DNA of 32,000 nt. Origin: Candidatus Saccharimonadota bacterium. Its GTDB lineage: Bacteria; Patescibacteriota; Saccharimonadia; Saccharimonadales; UBA4665. The stretch's first letter is position 1, and each line of letters starts with the position of its first letter. The stretch is from positions 390,001 to 422,000 of the forward strand of contig CP023991.1 of NCBI GenBank assembly GCA_003516025.1, written 5' to 3'. A program made the translations under genes and the position numbers. This document shows, one piece after another, positions 1-8,789 of the stretch. The notes beneath the pieces are model-generated. The model was not told where the DNA came from and did no database searches. It saw only the letters and a list, made by a program, of their open reading frames with translations.

Positions 1-164
1 TCACGCCTGGTAAGCCGATCTCGCGCATCGGCAATGAAGGTCAGTCTACTGGCCCTCATCTGCACTTTGGTGTCAAGGAAGGCGGCATCAGCGGCAAGAG
101 CATCGACCCCGAGAAGTTCATGGCTGAGCGAGGTGTTGCCTTGTGCGACGGCTCCGCTGCTTAG
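1..164 (+). CDS. M23 (LytM-type) metallopeptidase, C-terminal fragment; 5' end outside window
   Basis: Frame 3 reads ...TPGKPISRIGNEGQSTGPHLHFGVKEGGISGKSIDPEKFMAERGVALCDGSAA with stop TAG at 162-164. GxSTGPHLHF is the M23 zinc-ligand HxH signature. It is absent from the ORF track because no start lies in the window. Confidence 0.75.
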   Translation, partial: TPGKPISRIGNEGQSTGPHLHFGVKEGGISGKSIDPEKFMAERGVALCDGSAA

Positions 165-534
165 GCAGGCCTGAACTTCCATCACCCCGAGAGGATCCAC
201 TCGCCAACAAAACAAAAACTTCATATGGGTTTGACGGCCATACGGTATGCCGGAAACGGTAAACATTGTATGGCCGCGCGCGGTTCTCATCCAGGAATTA
301 CCTGGAGCTGCGCTAGAGGAATGTTTTAGAGTTCCTCGCCTGCAAAAACACCAACGGCCGCCGGGTCCGTGAATGTTCTCCTCTGGAGAGCGTTTAAAAC
401 CCGGCAACACCCGAAGGATTGAAACACTACTAACAAGTTTAAATTTTTCGGATGTTGTAACATGATATGCCAAGCGCCTGTTCCGCATTAAGGGCTTGCG
501 CTGAAGCGCGTATTAGTCCATGCTATATTCCATT

Positions 535-1650
535 ATGAGTGAACACGCGACAATGCCCGATGCCGATGAACCTTTGGCAGCCCATGATTATATGCTGGAA
601 AGCGAACGTGACGAGCAAGAAGCGGGGGAAGAATCGTACGAGTCTGTAGTGTCTACTGACTTGGTGCGGGTTTACCTCCGTGAGATTGGTAAAACGGCAT
701 TACTGAGCGCACCGGAAGAGGTTGACCTGGCTAAGCGTATAGAGGCCGGGTTATTCGCCGGCAAGATAATCGATTACGCGCAATCCGGCAGCGTAGTCAG
801 TGAAGATACGGCTGAACTCGCGCCAACTATGGATCGAGTGCTTGACGGCTCCGGCTCTTCGCCGAAACAAACGTTGAGGGATCTTCAGGCGGTTAAGCGT
901 GATGGTGAGCAGGCGTTAGACCATATGGTACGGGCTAACTTACGCCTGGTAGTATCCCAGGCCAAGCGCTACACCGGGCGGGGGCTTAGCTTCCTCGACC
1001 TTATCCAAGAAGGAAATGTCGGCATGATGCACGCCGTAGAAAAATTTGATTACACCAAAGGCTTCAAATTCAGCACCTATGCCACCTGGTGGATTAAGCA
1101 ATCAATTAGCCGTGCTATAGGTGACAGGGCGCGCTTGATACGGCTGCCAGTCCATCTGCATGAAAAAATCGTCAAACAGGGCCGTATTGTACGTGAACTC
1201 GAGCAGACCGGGCAAACCGTAACCGATGAGATGATCGCTGAAGCAATGGGGGGAATTACAGTCGAAAAAGTGCGCGAGTATCGTGACTTGGCGCGTGATC
1301 CAGTCAGTCTGGACCAGCCAGTTAGCAGTGGTACTTCAGGCCGGCTCTATAATGAGTCCTATGTCGGGGATTTTATCGCCGATAAAGTAACGCCGTCCGC
1401 AGAAGCGGAGCATCATCTTACTGAGATGCAGGATGCGATCGGCGGCTTGCTGACGTTATTGCCCAATGACCGGTTACGCCTGATAATCACGCTTCGTCAT
1501 GGCTTGGACGGCGAGAAGCCGCGCACGCTTGATGCTATCGGTGAGCAGATTGGCCTAACCAGAGAACGTGTCCGGCAACTGGAAAAGATAGCCATGAAAT
1601 CACTGCAGGCACATGCTACCAACAAAGGTATGCATGACCTGCTGCAGTAA
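535..1650 (+). CDS. rpoD: Primary (group 1) sigma-70 factor
   Basis: Region 1.2 (DLVRVYLREIGKTALLSAPEEVDLAKRIEAG), region 2 (DLIQEGNVGMMHAVEKFDYTKGFKFSTYATWWIKQSISRAI), region 3 and the region 4 HTH (TLDAIGEQIGLTRERVRQLEKIAM) are all present. The ORF opens at 520, but ATG 535 sits 5 nt after a TGcTATATT extended -10 (522-529), so 535 is the preferred start. The start is uncertain. Confidence 0.9.
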   Translation: MSEHATMPDADEPLAAHDYMLESERDEQEAGEESYESVVSTDLVRVYLREIGKTALLSAPEEVDLAKRIEAGLFAGKIIDYAQSGSVVSEDTAELAPTMDRVLDGSGSSPKQTLRDLQAVKRDGEQALDHMVRANLRLVVSQAKRYTGRGLSFLDLIQEGNVGMMHAVEKFDYTKGFKFSTYATWWIKQSISRAIGDRARLIRLPVHLHEKIVKQGRIVRELEQTGQTVTDEMIAEAMGGITVEKVREYRDLARDPVSLDQPVSSGTSGRLYNESYVGDFIADKVTPSAEAEHHLTEMQDAIGGLLTLLPNDRLRLIITLRHGLDGEKPRTLDAIGEQIGLTRERVRQLEKIAMKSLQAHATNKGMHDLLQ

Positions 1651-1653
1651 GTA

Positions 1654-2889
1654 TTAAAGTGGATGAGTCAGCCGCCACTGTAGTGTCGGCTGCGTGAGGG
1701 TGTCTTTAGTATAGAACGTTGAGCTGTAGCTGGTGCCGGCATAGTCGAGCTGCAGTTTACCAACAGTAGTACCGGCAGTGGCTGGCGCCTTGATACTGCC
1801 AAGATCGGCTTTAGGAGAAAGTGCCGTTCCGCTCCAGGCAATCGTATCAACATTGTCTTTTGCTATCACGTCAGTGCGTGAACCCCATTCGGTAGTTACG
1901 CGCCCAACCACCTGGCCGGCATTCAGGACATGGACATTCTGGAATTGCGAGACTGCGGATTGTACTAAGGGAAGCGTGTCACGCAGGGCCTGGCCGCGGG
2001 TACTCGACGCCATTATGGCCGTGATAACGGTAATTTTCTTGCCGGCGACGGTAATGTCGGCCGCTCCCAAGAAACAGCCACCGGCTTCATCGGTATTGCC
2101 GGTTTTGATGCCGCGGACGCCGGAATTTCCAAGTAGAGTATCGACATTATATATAGTTCCAACACCCGGGAATTCCGCTTGCCGCTGGCCGACGATTTCA
2201 GACAGTACTGGATGGGTCATGGCCTTTTGTCCTAACAGCACCAGATCACGTGCCGTGCTAACGGTAGACGGTGAGAAACCGCTGGCATCTGAGCCGACCG
2301 TTGTTTGGGTCATACCCAGTTTTTTTACGTATTCGTTGGCGGCTGTCCGGTAGGCGGCAAGCGAACCGTATGCCCATATAGCCACGGTGTCAGAAATATT
2401 GTTGGCAGAAGGCAGCATCATCGCCTGAAGAGCCTGGTATTCGCTTATGACCTGGCCGGTGCTCACCGGTACCACTGAACCGTCGTTGGCGACATAATTT
2501 TGGTACAGGGCAACGTCAGCGGCTGTCATGGTAATCGCGGGACCTTGCTGGCCGGTTGAAAGGGGTTTCTTATCAAGTACGACAAGCGCGGCGATAACTT
2601 TAGCGATGCTGGCGGTCGGCGTCGGTGTCTGTTGATTGTGGATTGCCAATAATCCATAATCAGTGGCCCCAAAGGCAGCCTGTCCATCGGCTGGCCACGG
2701 TATATTTACCTGAACCTGGGCCGGTATGACCGGTGGCAAAAGTATGGTTTTTGGAGGGCTCAAGGGCCGTAGCAAGACATAGAGCACGTATATGGCTACT
2801 AAAACGATTACTGCTGCGCCCGTTGCGATCATTGTTGTGCGGCTCCGCTTTTGAGGTGTCGGTTTTGGTATAGGGCGGACATTGTACAT
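1654..2889 (-). CDS. D-alanyl-D-alanine carboxypeptidase (serine peptidase S11, PBP5-like) with N-terminal membrane anchor
   Basis: The three penicillin-binding motifs are present: SIAK (SxxK), SANN (SxN) and KTGNT (KTG). A hydrophobic anchor AAVIVLVAIYVLYVLL is present. The ORF opens with GTG at 2916; ATG 2889 (MYNVRP) follows a TAGTAT -10-like box. The start is uncertain. Confidence 0.85.
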   Translation of the reverse strand: MYNVRPIPKPTPQKRSRTTMIATGAAVIVLVAIYVLYVLLRPLSPPKTILLPPVIPAQVQVNIPWPADGQAAFGATDYGLLAIHNQQTPTPTASIAKVIAALVVLDKKPLSTGQQGPAITMTAADVALYQNYVANDGSVVPVSTGQVISEYQALQAMMLPSANNISDTVAIWAYGSLAAYRTAANEYVKKLGMTQTTVGSDASGFSPSTVSTARDLVLLGQKAMTHPVLSEIVGQRQAEFPGVGTIYNVDTLLGNSGVRGIKTGNTDEAGGCFLGAADITVAGKKITVITAIMASSTRGQALRDTLPLVQSAVSQFQNVHVLNAGQVVGRVTTEWGSRTDVIAKDNVDTIAWSGTALSPKADLGSIKAPATAGTTVGKLQLDYAGTSYSSTFYTKDTLTQPTLQWRLTHPL

Positions 2890-2983
2890 TGTTCTTATGA
2901 TACTACGGTTTAGCACTCACAAGCCAGCCGGTGTATACTGATAATACTAACTATAATTACCCCTAAAAGGAGTATCCTCACAG

Positions 2984-3550
2984 ATGGTTGCGCTTATTAT
3001 TGTCATTGTACTCATCGTTGTCCTGGCACTGATTTTTATCAGCATCTACAACAAATTAGTAAAACTGAACATTCAAGCGGATGAAGCCTGGAGTGATATT
3101 ACCGTCCAGCTCAAGCGTCGCTATGACTTGATCCCCAACCTGGTCAATACCGTAAAAGGTTATGCCACGCATGAGAAATCAGTCTTCGAAGACGTAACCG
3201 CCGCCCGTGCCAACGCGCTCGGTGCCCAGGGCGTCCAGGAAACGGCCGCTGCTGAAGGTGATTTCCAGAAAACATTAAAGAGTCTGTTCGCGGTCGCTGA
3301 GGCGTACCCTGACCTTAAGGCGAACCAGAACTTCAAAGCCCTGCAAGATGAACTTGTTGATACGGAAGATAAAATCCAGGCTTCACGCCGCTTTTATAAC
3401 GGTGTTGTACGTGACTTCAATACGGCCCGTACGGTATTTCCGAGCAACTTGATCGCCGGTATGCTGGGTTACGGTAAAGACCGTGAATTCTTTGAGCTTG
3501 ACGATGCTCAGACTGTGGCTGTCCAGAACCCGGTAGATGTTCAGTTTTAA
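2984..3550 (+). CDS. lemA: LemA family membrane protein
   Basis: N-terminal TM helix followed by the characteristic LemA sequence (YNKLVKLNIQADEAWSDITVQLKRRYDLIPNLVNTVKGYATHEK...RRFYNGVVRDFN). A TATAAT box (2953-2958) and an AAAGGAG RBS precede ATG 2984. Confidence 0.9.
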   Translation: MVALIIVIVLIVVLALIFISIYNKLVKLNIQADEAWSDITVQLKRRYDLIPNLVNTVKGYATHEKSVFEDVTAARANALGAQGVQETAAAEGDFQKTLKSLFAVAEAYPDLKANQNFKALQDELVDTEDKIQASRRFYNGVVRDFNTARTVFPSNLIAGMLGYGKDREFFELDDAQTVAVQNPVDVQF

Positions 3551-3592
3551 TTAAGCTTCGCAGCGTATACTTGGATAGCTTAAGGAAAAACT

Positions 3593-4468
3593 ATGTATAG
3601 TGAAATAACGCAAAATAAATTCAAAACCTGGCTTATCCTGGTAGTGTTCGTAGGGTTCGTCGGCGCGCTTGGCTGGCTGTTGAGTATCTATCTCGGCCGT
3701 CCCAGTTTGACAATTCCAGTGCTCGTCGGCGGCCTGGTTTACGCTGCTGTAATGTATTTTGCTGGTGGTAAGATCAGCTTGGCTGTTAATGGCGCGAAAG
3801 AGATCAATAAACAGGATAACCCACGCTTGTGGCGCATTGTCGAAAACCTGGCGATTACTGACGGTTTGCCAATGCCCAAAGTTTACATCATGGACGATCC
3901 GGCACCCAACGCCTTCGCTACCGGCCGCAATCCCAAAAACTCAGCTGTCTGCGCTACTACGGGCATACTGGAAATCATGAATGACAGCGAACTGGAAGGT
4001 GTCTTCGCGCACGAAATGGGCCATGTAAAAAACTACGATATCCGGGTATCTCTGATAGCGACAGCCCTGGCGGTGGTCGTATCTTTTATTGCTGATGCCT
4101 TACTACACCTGGCCTGGTTCCGGGATGAGGACGACAATAACAGCAGCCCCATCTTTATTGTTTTAGCAGTAGTTGGAGCTTTGCTGGCACCCTTGGTGGC
4201 AACCTTAATACAGCTAGCCATCTCACGGCGCCGTGAGTATCTGGCGGATGCCACTGGCGCGCTGACGACCCGATATCCTGAAGGACTGGCCAGTGCTTTG
4301 GAAAAGATCCAGGCTTACGGCAGTGGCCTGAAGCGTCCGAATACTGCCACCGCGCACCTGTTTTTCGCTAACCCGTTAAAGAGCGGTGCTTTTATGAATC
4401 TTTTCAGTACTCATCCGCCACTTGAAGACCGCATACGCCGCTTGCGCGACATGGGCGCGCACGCCTAA
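3593..4468 (+). CDS. htpX: Zinc metalloprotease HtpX (peptidase M48)
   Basis: HEMGH zinc motif (FAHEMGHVKNYD), four TM segments, C-terminal STHPPLEDRIRRL typical of HtpX, an AAGGAAAAA RBS, and the conserved lemA-htpX pairing. Confidence 0.9.
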   Translation: MYSEITQNKFKTWLILVVFVGFVGALGWLLSIYLGRPSLTIPVLVGGLVYAAVMYFAGGKISLAVNGAKEINKQDNPRLWRIVENLAITDGLPMPKVYIMDDPAPNAFATGRNPKNSAVCATTGILEIMNDSELEGVFAHEMGHVKNYDIRVSLIATALAVVVSFIADALLHLAWFRDEDDNNSSPIFIVLAVVGALLAPLVATLIQLAISRRREYLADATGALTTRYPEGLASALEKIQAYGSGLKRPNTATAHLFFANPLKSGAFMNLFSTHPPLEDRIRRLRDMGAHA

Positions 4469-4484
4469 AATAGACATCAGTACT

Positions 4485-5450
4485 ATGGTAAAATCCGCAA
4501 AATCAAAACTCACTAAATCACGAACCCGTGCTAAAAAGGCACTGTCGGTTACGCCTAAAGCCTCAAAAGTTCCCTCTGTGGCTGAAGCGCCGATACAACT
4601 CCCGGCCGGAGCGTACAAAATGTCCCGTTCCTGGTCATTACTTCGTAGTTCATGGGCTGTGCTGTGGAAACGGCGCTGGTTATTCCTGGGCATCGTTGCT
4701 ATCTACGCCGCCTGTAACGTCGTACTTGTGCAGAGTGCCGCGGTAGCGAATCTGGGTGAGGTTAAACAGCTGCTCCAAGGCAGCAACCCTGATGGAGCTA
4801 GCAGGCTGACGTCTGGCGTGGCTTTATTCACGGTGCTTTTATCCGCTACCGGCAGCGGTCGCACGGAAGCCGGCGCGGCTTATCAGTCCATGCTTTTGCT
4901 CATTACGAGCTTGGCAATTATATGGGCGCTCCGCGAAGTGATGGCTGGACATGCGGTTCGGTTACGAGACGCCTTTTACCGTGGTATGTATCCCTTGATA
5001 CCGGTTTTACTGGTAGTGCTCATAATTGTAGTGCAGTTAGTGCCGCTGGCAATTGGCGCCAGTATTTTTAACTTAGCGGTAACTAACGGCATTGCCACGA
5101 ATGGCTGGCAAATATTGTTATGGGGCCTGTTACCAATCGCCGGTACGATTGCCAGTGTTTACTTCCTTACATCTTCGCTATTTGCCGTCTACATCGCGGC
5201 CTTGCCCGACATGACGCCGCTTAAGGCAATGCGTTCGGCGCGCAGGCTGGTCCAAGGGCGCCGGTGGACTATACTGCGCAAACTGTTATTCATGCCGTTT
5301 GTACTTACGGTACTGGCCGTACTAATTATGCTACCGGTTATTATGTTTATCACGCCGGCGGCACCGTGGTTGTTCTTTACGGTAAGCCTCCTCGGACTAC
5401 TGATTTTTCACGCCTATATGTATGCTTTATATCGGGAGTTACTGATATGA
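4485..5450 (+). CDS. Hypothetical polytopic membrane protein with Lys/Ser-rich N-terminal tail
   Basis: Long ORF with about 6 hydrophobic helices after a basic tail (MVKSAKSKLTKSRTRAKKALS...). ATG 4485 is the first start that does not overlap htpX; the ORF track start at 4422 does. Its stop TGA overlaps the ligA ATG (ATGA at 5447-5450). No family recognised. Confidence 0.6.
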   Translation: MVKSAKSKLTKSRTRAKKALSVTPKASKVPSVAEAPIQLPAGAYKMSRSWSLLRSSWAVLWKRRWLFLGIVAIYAACNVVLVQSAAVANLGEVKQLLQGSNPDGASRLTSGVALFTVLLSATGSGRTEAGAAYQSMLLLITSLAIIWALREVMAGHAVRLRDAFYRGMYPLIPVLLVVLIIVVQLVPLAIGASIFNLAVTNGIATNGWQILLWGLLPIAGTIASVYFLTSSLFAVYIAALPDMTPLKAMRSARRLVQGRRWTILRKLLFMPFVLTVLAVLIMLPVIMFITPAAPWLFFTVSLLGLLIFHAYMYALYRELLI

Positions 5451-7474
5451 CAGACATGACGCGGCATCAAGCTGAAGAACGTATAGCTAAACTGCGAGAG
5501 CTTATAAATAATTATCGCTACCATTATCATGTGCTTGACGAATCGATCATGTCTGAAGAAGCAGCTGACAGTCTCAAGCATGAGTTGAGCCAGCTCGAGA
5601 CCAGTTACCCGAACCTGATTACGCCAGATTCGCCAACGCAGCGGGTTGCTGGCGCCCCGAGCCCGGAGTTTGTTTCAGTCGAGCACAGCCAGCGCATGCT
5701 AAGCCTGAATGATGTCTTTAACGAAGTTGAAGTAGCCGCCTGGCGAGACCGGGTGCTTAAGTTGCTGCCTGCCGATACGAAGCTGGAATATTTCGTCGAT
5801 ATTAAAATGGACGGGCTGGCCTGCGCGCTACACTATGAAAATGGCGTGTTGGTACGCGGCATTACTCGCGGCGACGGCTTCGTTGGCGAAGATGTGACAG
5901 CTAATATTCGCACTATTGAATCTATTCCGTTACGGCTGCACGCAACTAAAGGTTTTGAGCATTTTCTCGACGGCCGTACTGAAGTCCGTGGTGAAATCTT
6001 GATGTATAAAACTGATTTTGAAGCGCTCAACAGGCAGCGTGAAGCCGCCGGCAAGCCATTGTTCGCAAACCCGCGGAATACGGCGGCGGGTACCATCCGC
6101 CAACTCGACCCGTCGCTGGTCGCCGGCCGTAAATTGTATTTTCGCGCATATGATATGCTTCGCGACGATCCCGCCAACTTGCCAACGCATGCCCAAGCAT
6201 ATGAAGTCATGCGTGCCCTTGGGTTTTTAGCTAACCGGCAGGCCAGTGTTGTATCTGGCGTTGACGCGGTGATGCATTTTGCGCGTGAGTGGGATACGAA
6301 GCGGCACGACCTGCCGTTCAACACCGATGGTCTGGTGGTTAAGGTAAACAACCGTCGCTTGTATGCCGACCTTGGTGTGGTAGGCAAGGCGCCACGGGCT
6401 GCCGTGGCTTACAAATACGCCGCCGAACAGGCAACTACCAAAGTCAAAGATATATTTATTTCTATAGGCCGCACCGGCGCGGCCACCCCGGTAGCTATGT
6501 TAGAGCCGGTGGTGGTGGCTGGCAGCACCGTGCAGATGGCAACGCTGCATAACGAAGGCGAAGTTAAACGTAAAGACATTCGTGTTGGCGATACGGTGAT
6601 TGTCCATAAAGCTGGTGATATTATTCCCGAAGTTGTCGAGCCGCTCACAACACTGCGCGACGGCTCTGAAAAACCCTTCGTAATGCCTGAAAAGTGCCCT
6701 GATTGCGGAACTAAACTCGTTAAGATTAATGCTAAGGATGCCGCCTGGCGCTGCCCAAATGAGGCTTGCCCATCGCGCTCCTGGAAGCGGATCGAACACT
6801 TCGCGAGCAAGGCCGCCCTTGATATAGAAGGCCTGGGTGAAAAGAATGTCATCGCTTTGCTTGGAGCGGGTTTGGTTAAGGATCCGGCTGACATTTTTAC
6901 GCTCAGCGAACAACAGGTGGTCCAGCTTGACCGTTTCGCTCAAATTTCCGCCCGCAAGCTGGTTGCGGCTATTCAAGCTAAGAAACAGCCGCCTTTATCA
7001 CGTTTTATTTATGGACTGGGCATTCGCCACATTGGCGTACAAACCGCGATTGACCTGGCCAATACGTTTAAGTCAATTGAGTCGCTTTACCAGGCGACCA
7101 TTGACGAGCTGAACGCCGTAGAAGGGGTCGGAGCTATCGTTGCCGAGTCGGTAGTCGAGTGGTTCGCCGAGCCATCTAACCGGCAGCTTATGAGCAAGTT
7201 CGCGGCTAACGGTGTCCGGCCCGAAACAGTGGCGACCGTCGGTGGGAAATTAGCAGGACTGAACTTCGTCGTTACCGGGTCGCTCGAACAAATGAGCCGG
7301 GACCAGGCGGCCGAGCAGATCAGGGCCCTTGGTGGAACGTTCCAATCGAGTGTCGGTAAAGATACTGACTACCTGGTGGTCGGCAAGAACGTTGGAGCCT
7401 CCAAGCTGGCTAAGGCGGCCAAACTGGGCACTAAACAGATCAATGAGCAGGCCTTGGTTGAAATGCTGGCGTAA
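5447..7474 (+). CDS. ligA: NAD+-dependent DNA ligase
   Basis: Adenylation motif KMDG (VDIKMDGLA), Cys4 zinc finger (CPDCGTKL...CPNEACPSR), HhH region and C-terminal BRCT (FVVTGSLEQMSRDQAAEQIRALGG). Start MTDMTRHQAEERIAKLRELI at 5447. The ORF-track extension back to 5264 lies inside the upstream gene. Confidence 0.95.
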   Translation: MTDMTRHQAEERIAKLRELINNYRYHYHVLDESIMSEEAADSLKHELSQLETSYPNLITPDSPTQRVAGAPSPEFVSVEHSQRMLSLNDVFNEVEVAAWRDRVLKLLPADTKLEYFVDIKMDGLACALHYENGVLVRGITRGDGFVGEDVTANIRTIESIPLRLHATKGFEHFLDGRTEVRGEILMYKTDFEALNRQREAAGKPLFANPRNTAAGTIRQLDPSLVAGRKLYFRAYDMLRDDPANLPTHAQAYEVMRALGFLANRQASVVSGVDAVMHFAREWDTKRHDLPFNTDGLVVKVNNRRLYADLGVVGKAPRAAVAYKYAAEQATTKVKDIFISIGRTGAATPVAMLEPVVVAGSTVQMATLHNEGEVKRKDIRVGDTVIVHKAGDIIPEVVEPLTTLRDGSEKPFVMPEKCPDCGTKLVKINAKDAAWRCPNEACPSRSWKRIEHFASKAALDIEGLGEKNVIALLGAGLVKDPADIFTLSEQQVVQLDRFAQISARKLVAAIQAKKQPPLSRFIYGLGIRHIGVQTAIDLANTFKSIESLYQATIDELNAVEGVGAIVAESVVEWFAEPSNRQLMSKFAANGVRPETVATVGGKLAGLNFVVTGSLEQMSRDQAAEQIRALGGTFQSSVGKDTDYLVVGKNVGASKLAKAAKLGTKQINEQALVEMLA

Positions 7475-7616
7475 CGGCTGCCGTATCGCTTGACAAATTG
7501 TACGGCTGCGTTATGCTTAAGGTAATTCGTGCGCAACAAGCGGCGCCTAAGCGAAATAAAAATATCCAAAATAAACATAGAGCATTCGCCGCAGGGTGGG
7601 CGCGCACGAAATACTA

Positions 7617-7647
7617 AAACCGCTCTTCTTCCCGGAGAGCGGTTTTA
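7617..7647. terminator. Bidirectional intrinsic terminator between ligA (+) and tRNA-Ala (-)
   Basis: AAAA-CCGCTCT-(9 nt loop TCTTCCCGG)-AGAGCGG-TTTT. The complementarity extends to a perfect 19-bp inverted repeat (7609-7627 / 7637-7655). U-runs are available on both strands. Confidence 0.65.
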
Positions 7648-7716
7648 GTATTTCTATCTAAATTACGACAAATTAAAAGGTCCTTCGAATGAAGGACGGT
7701 AAAGGACCATTTAATG

Positions 7717-7793
7717 TGGTGGAGATATGGGGACTCAAACCCCAGACCTCTGCCCTGCCAGGGCAGCGCTCTAATCAACTGAGCTATATCCCC
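7717..7793 (-). tRNA. tRNA-Ala (anticodon GGC), CCA encoded
   Basis: The reverse complement GGGGATATAGCTCAGTTGATTAGAGCGCTGCCCTGGCAGGGCAGAGGTCTGGGGTTTGAGTCCCCATATCTCCACCA folds as a cloverleaf. It has acceptor GGGGATA/TATCTCC with the G3:U70 Ala identity pair, D stem GCTC/GAGC, anticodon stem CTGCC/GGCAG with loop CTGGCAG, a 5-nt variable loop and T stem TGGGG/CCCCA. Confidence 0.9.
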
Positions 7794-7853
7794 GCGCGAG
7801 TAAGAAACTTACAAATGAAGAGTATAACACAGATGTCTGCTACAATGAAGCCA

Positions 7854-8747
7854 ATGGATAGACGGCTTACGCGGCGCCTCAATCAGCGAGGGTGGGGAGT
7901 GGTGTTGATGATCCTGTTCCTGGTGCTCTGCGCCGGGGCCTACGGTCTCAATATCAAGACGCAGCAAACTCCTGAAAAAGTCTTTTGGGACGCGCTCGGT
8001 AACAATTTGGTACTGGACGGTGTTACCTGTACATCGGACGAAGATGTCAATAAACAGCATCGTGAAACCGCCGTTTCACTTGATCTTGCTAGCAAGGCGA
8101 ATACTCATGGATTTATCACGCTAACAGCCAACGGCTCGCGCGTGGTAACGGAAACATTGACAACTAAAACCGACGAGTATGTCCGCTACACGGCTATCAG
8201 CTCCGGTAACCTTGGTGATGCCAAGGCCAAAGAATACGCCAAAGCAGTCAATGTATGGGCACGGCAGGCTAACGGCGCGTCAGGCGGCCAATCTGTCTTC
8301 GAGCAGCTAAGCCTCGGGGGCTGCGTAGTCCCGTTTGCCCATCTTACGACCGGCCCGCGTGACACGCTGGTGAACGAACTCAAGGAAGCTAAAGTGTTTG
8401 AGACGGACCTGTCAAAATCAAGCTGGCATTTCAGGGTTGGCGAACCGTATCGGGAGTATGAGGTCACCGTCCAGCCGGTACCGTACATCACATTCGTCAA
8501 AAATGTTGCTAAAGCCTACGGGCTAACCTCTTTAGATACAACGAGTGTCGAATCGTATAGCGGCCGAACGCCCGAAAAAGTCGTCATCCGGATTGGCGCT
8601 AGCAGCCACCGAATTGAACAGATTGTTGATAAAACCACTAAAATTACCTTTACCATAACTGATTTCGATAAGATCCCCGAGATCAAGCCACCGGCTAAGA
8701 CAATCCCGACCGCCGAATTGCAGAAGCGGCTCGAGGCAGTCCAGTAG
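7854..8747 (+). CDS. Hypothetical membrane-anchored extracytoplasmic protein
   Basis: The ORF-track start at 7689 runs through the tRNA gene and is rejected. In-frame ATGs lie at 7815, 7833, 7845 and 7854. ATG 7854 (MDRRLTRRLNQRGWGVVLMILFLVLCAGAYG) gives a classic positive-inside signal anchor and lies 7 nt after an extended -10 TGcTACAAT (7838-7846). No family recognised for the roughly 270-aa ectodomain. Confidence 0.6.
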   Translation: MDRRLTRRLNQRGWGVVLMILFLVLCAGAYGLNIKTQQTPEKVFWDALGNNLVLDGVTCTSDEDVNKQHRETAVSLDLASKANTHGFITLTANGSRVVTETLTTKTDEYVRYTAISSGNLGDAKAKEYAKAVNVWARQANGASGGQSVFEQLSLGGCVVPFAHLTTGPRDTLVNELKEAKVFETDLSKSSWHFRVGEPYREYEVTVQPVPYITFVKNVAKAYGLTSLDTTSVESYSGRTPEKVVIRIGASSHRIEQIVDKTTKITFTITDFDKIPEIKPPAKTIPTAELQKRLEAVQ

Positions 8748-8789
8748 CGTCCCCTCGAAGTCGGCGCCGTTATGTATAATAGAGTTAAC

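Noticed and set aside
376-420. Glycine-riboswitch-like strings CTCTGGAGAG and CCGAAGGA upstream of rpoD
   Set aside because: Only these two short strings resemble the aptamer core. The conserved 3' half (CTCAGGCAAAAGGAC-like) and the expected helices are missing, and a sigma-factor gene is not a plausible glycine-regulated target. The CTCTGGAGAG is better explained as a local hairpin (TTCTCC-TCT-GGAGAG).
1778-2353. Long antisense ORFs opposite confirmed genes. Examples: 1778-2353 opposite the carboxypeptidase, 5833-6387 and 6409-6976 opposite ligA, 11696-12313 opposite the Pro-rich gene, 13223-13657 opposite leuS, 27211-27681 opposite the MFS gene, 28131-28634 opposite the kinase-fold gene.
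   Set aside because: Each lies wholly inside a gene with strong family motifs on the other strand. Their products are low-complexity, Arg/Ser/Pro-rich and motif-free, which is typical of shadow ORFs in moderately GC-rich coding DNA.
5264-5446. Upstream extensions of ligA (5264), sodN (19222), the membrane protein (4422) and the Crp-like gene (TTG 30934) as given in the ORF track
   Set aside because: The ligA, sodN and membrane-protein extensions overlap the preceding gene's coding sequence, and the TTG 30934 extension is a weak non-ATG start upstream of better-supported ATGs. All four add residues unrelated to the family N-termini. Internal ATGs reproduce the conserved N-termini.
7689-7853. 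N-terminal 55 codons of ORF 7689-8747
   Set aside because: This stretch is the reverse complement of the tRNA-Ala gene and its promoter region. A downstream ATG (7854) gives a proper signal anchor and has its own -10 box.
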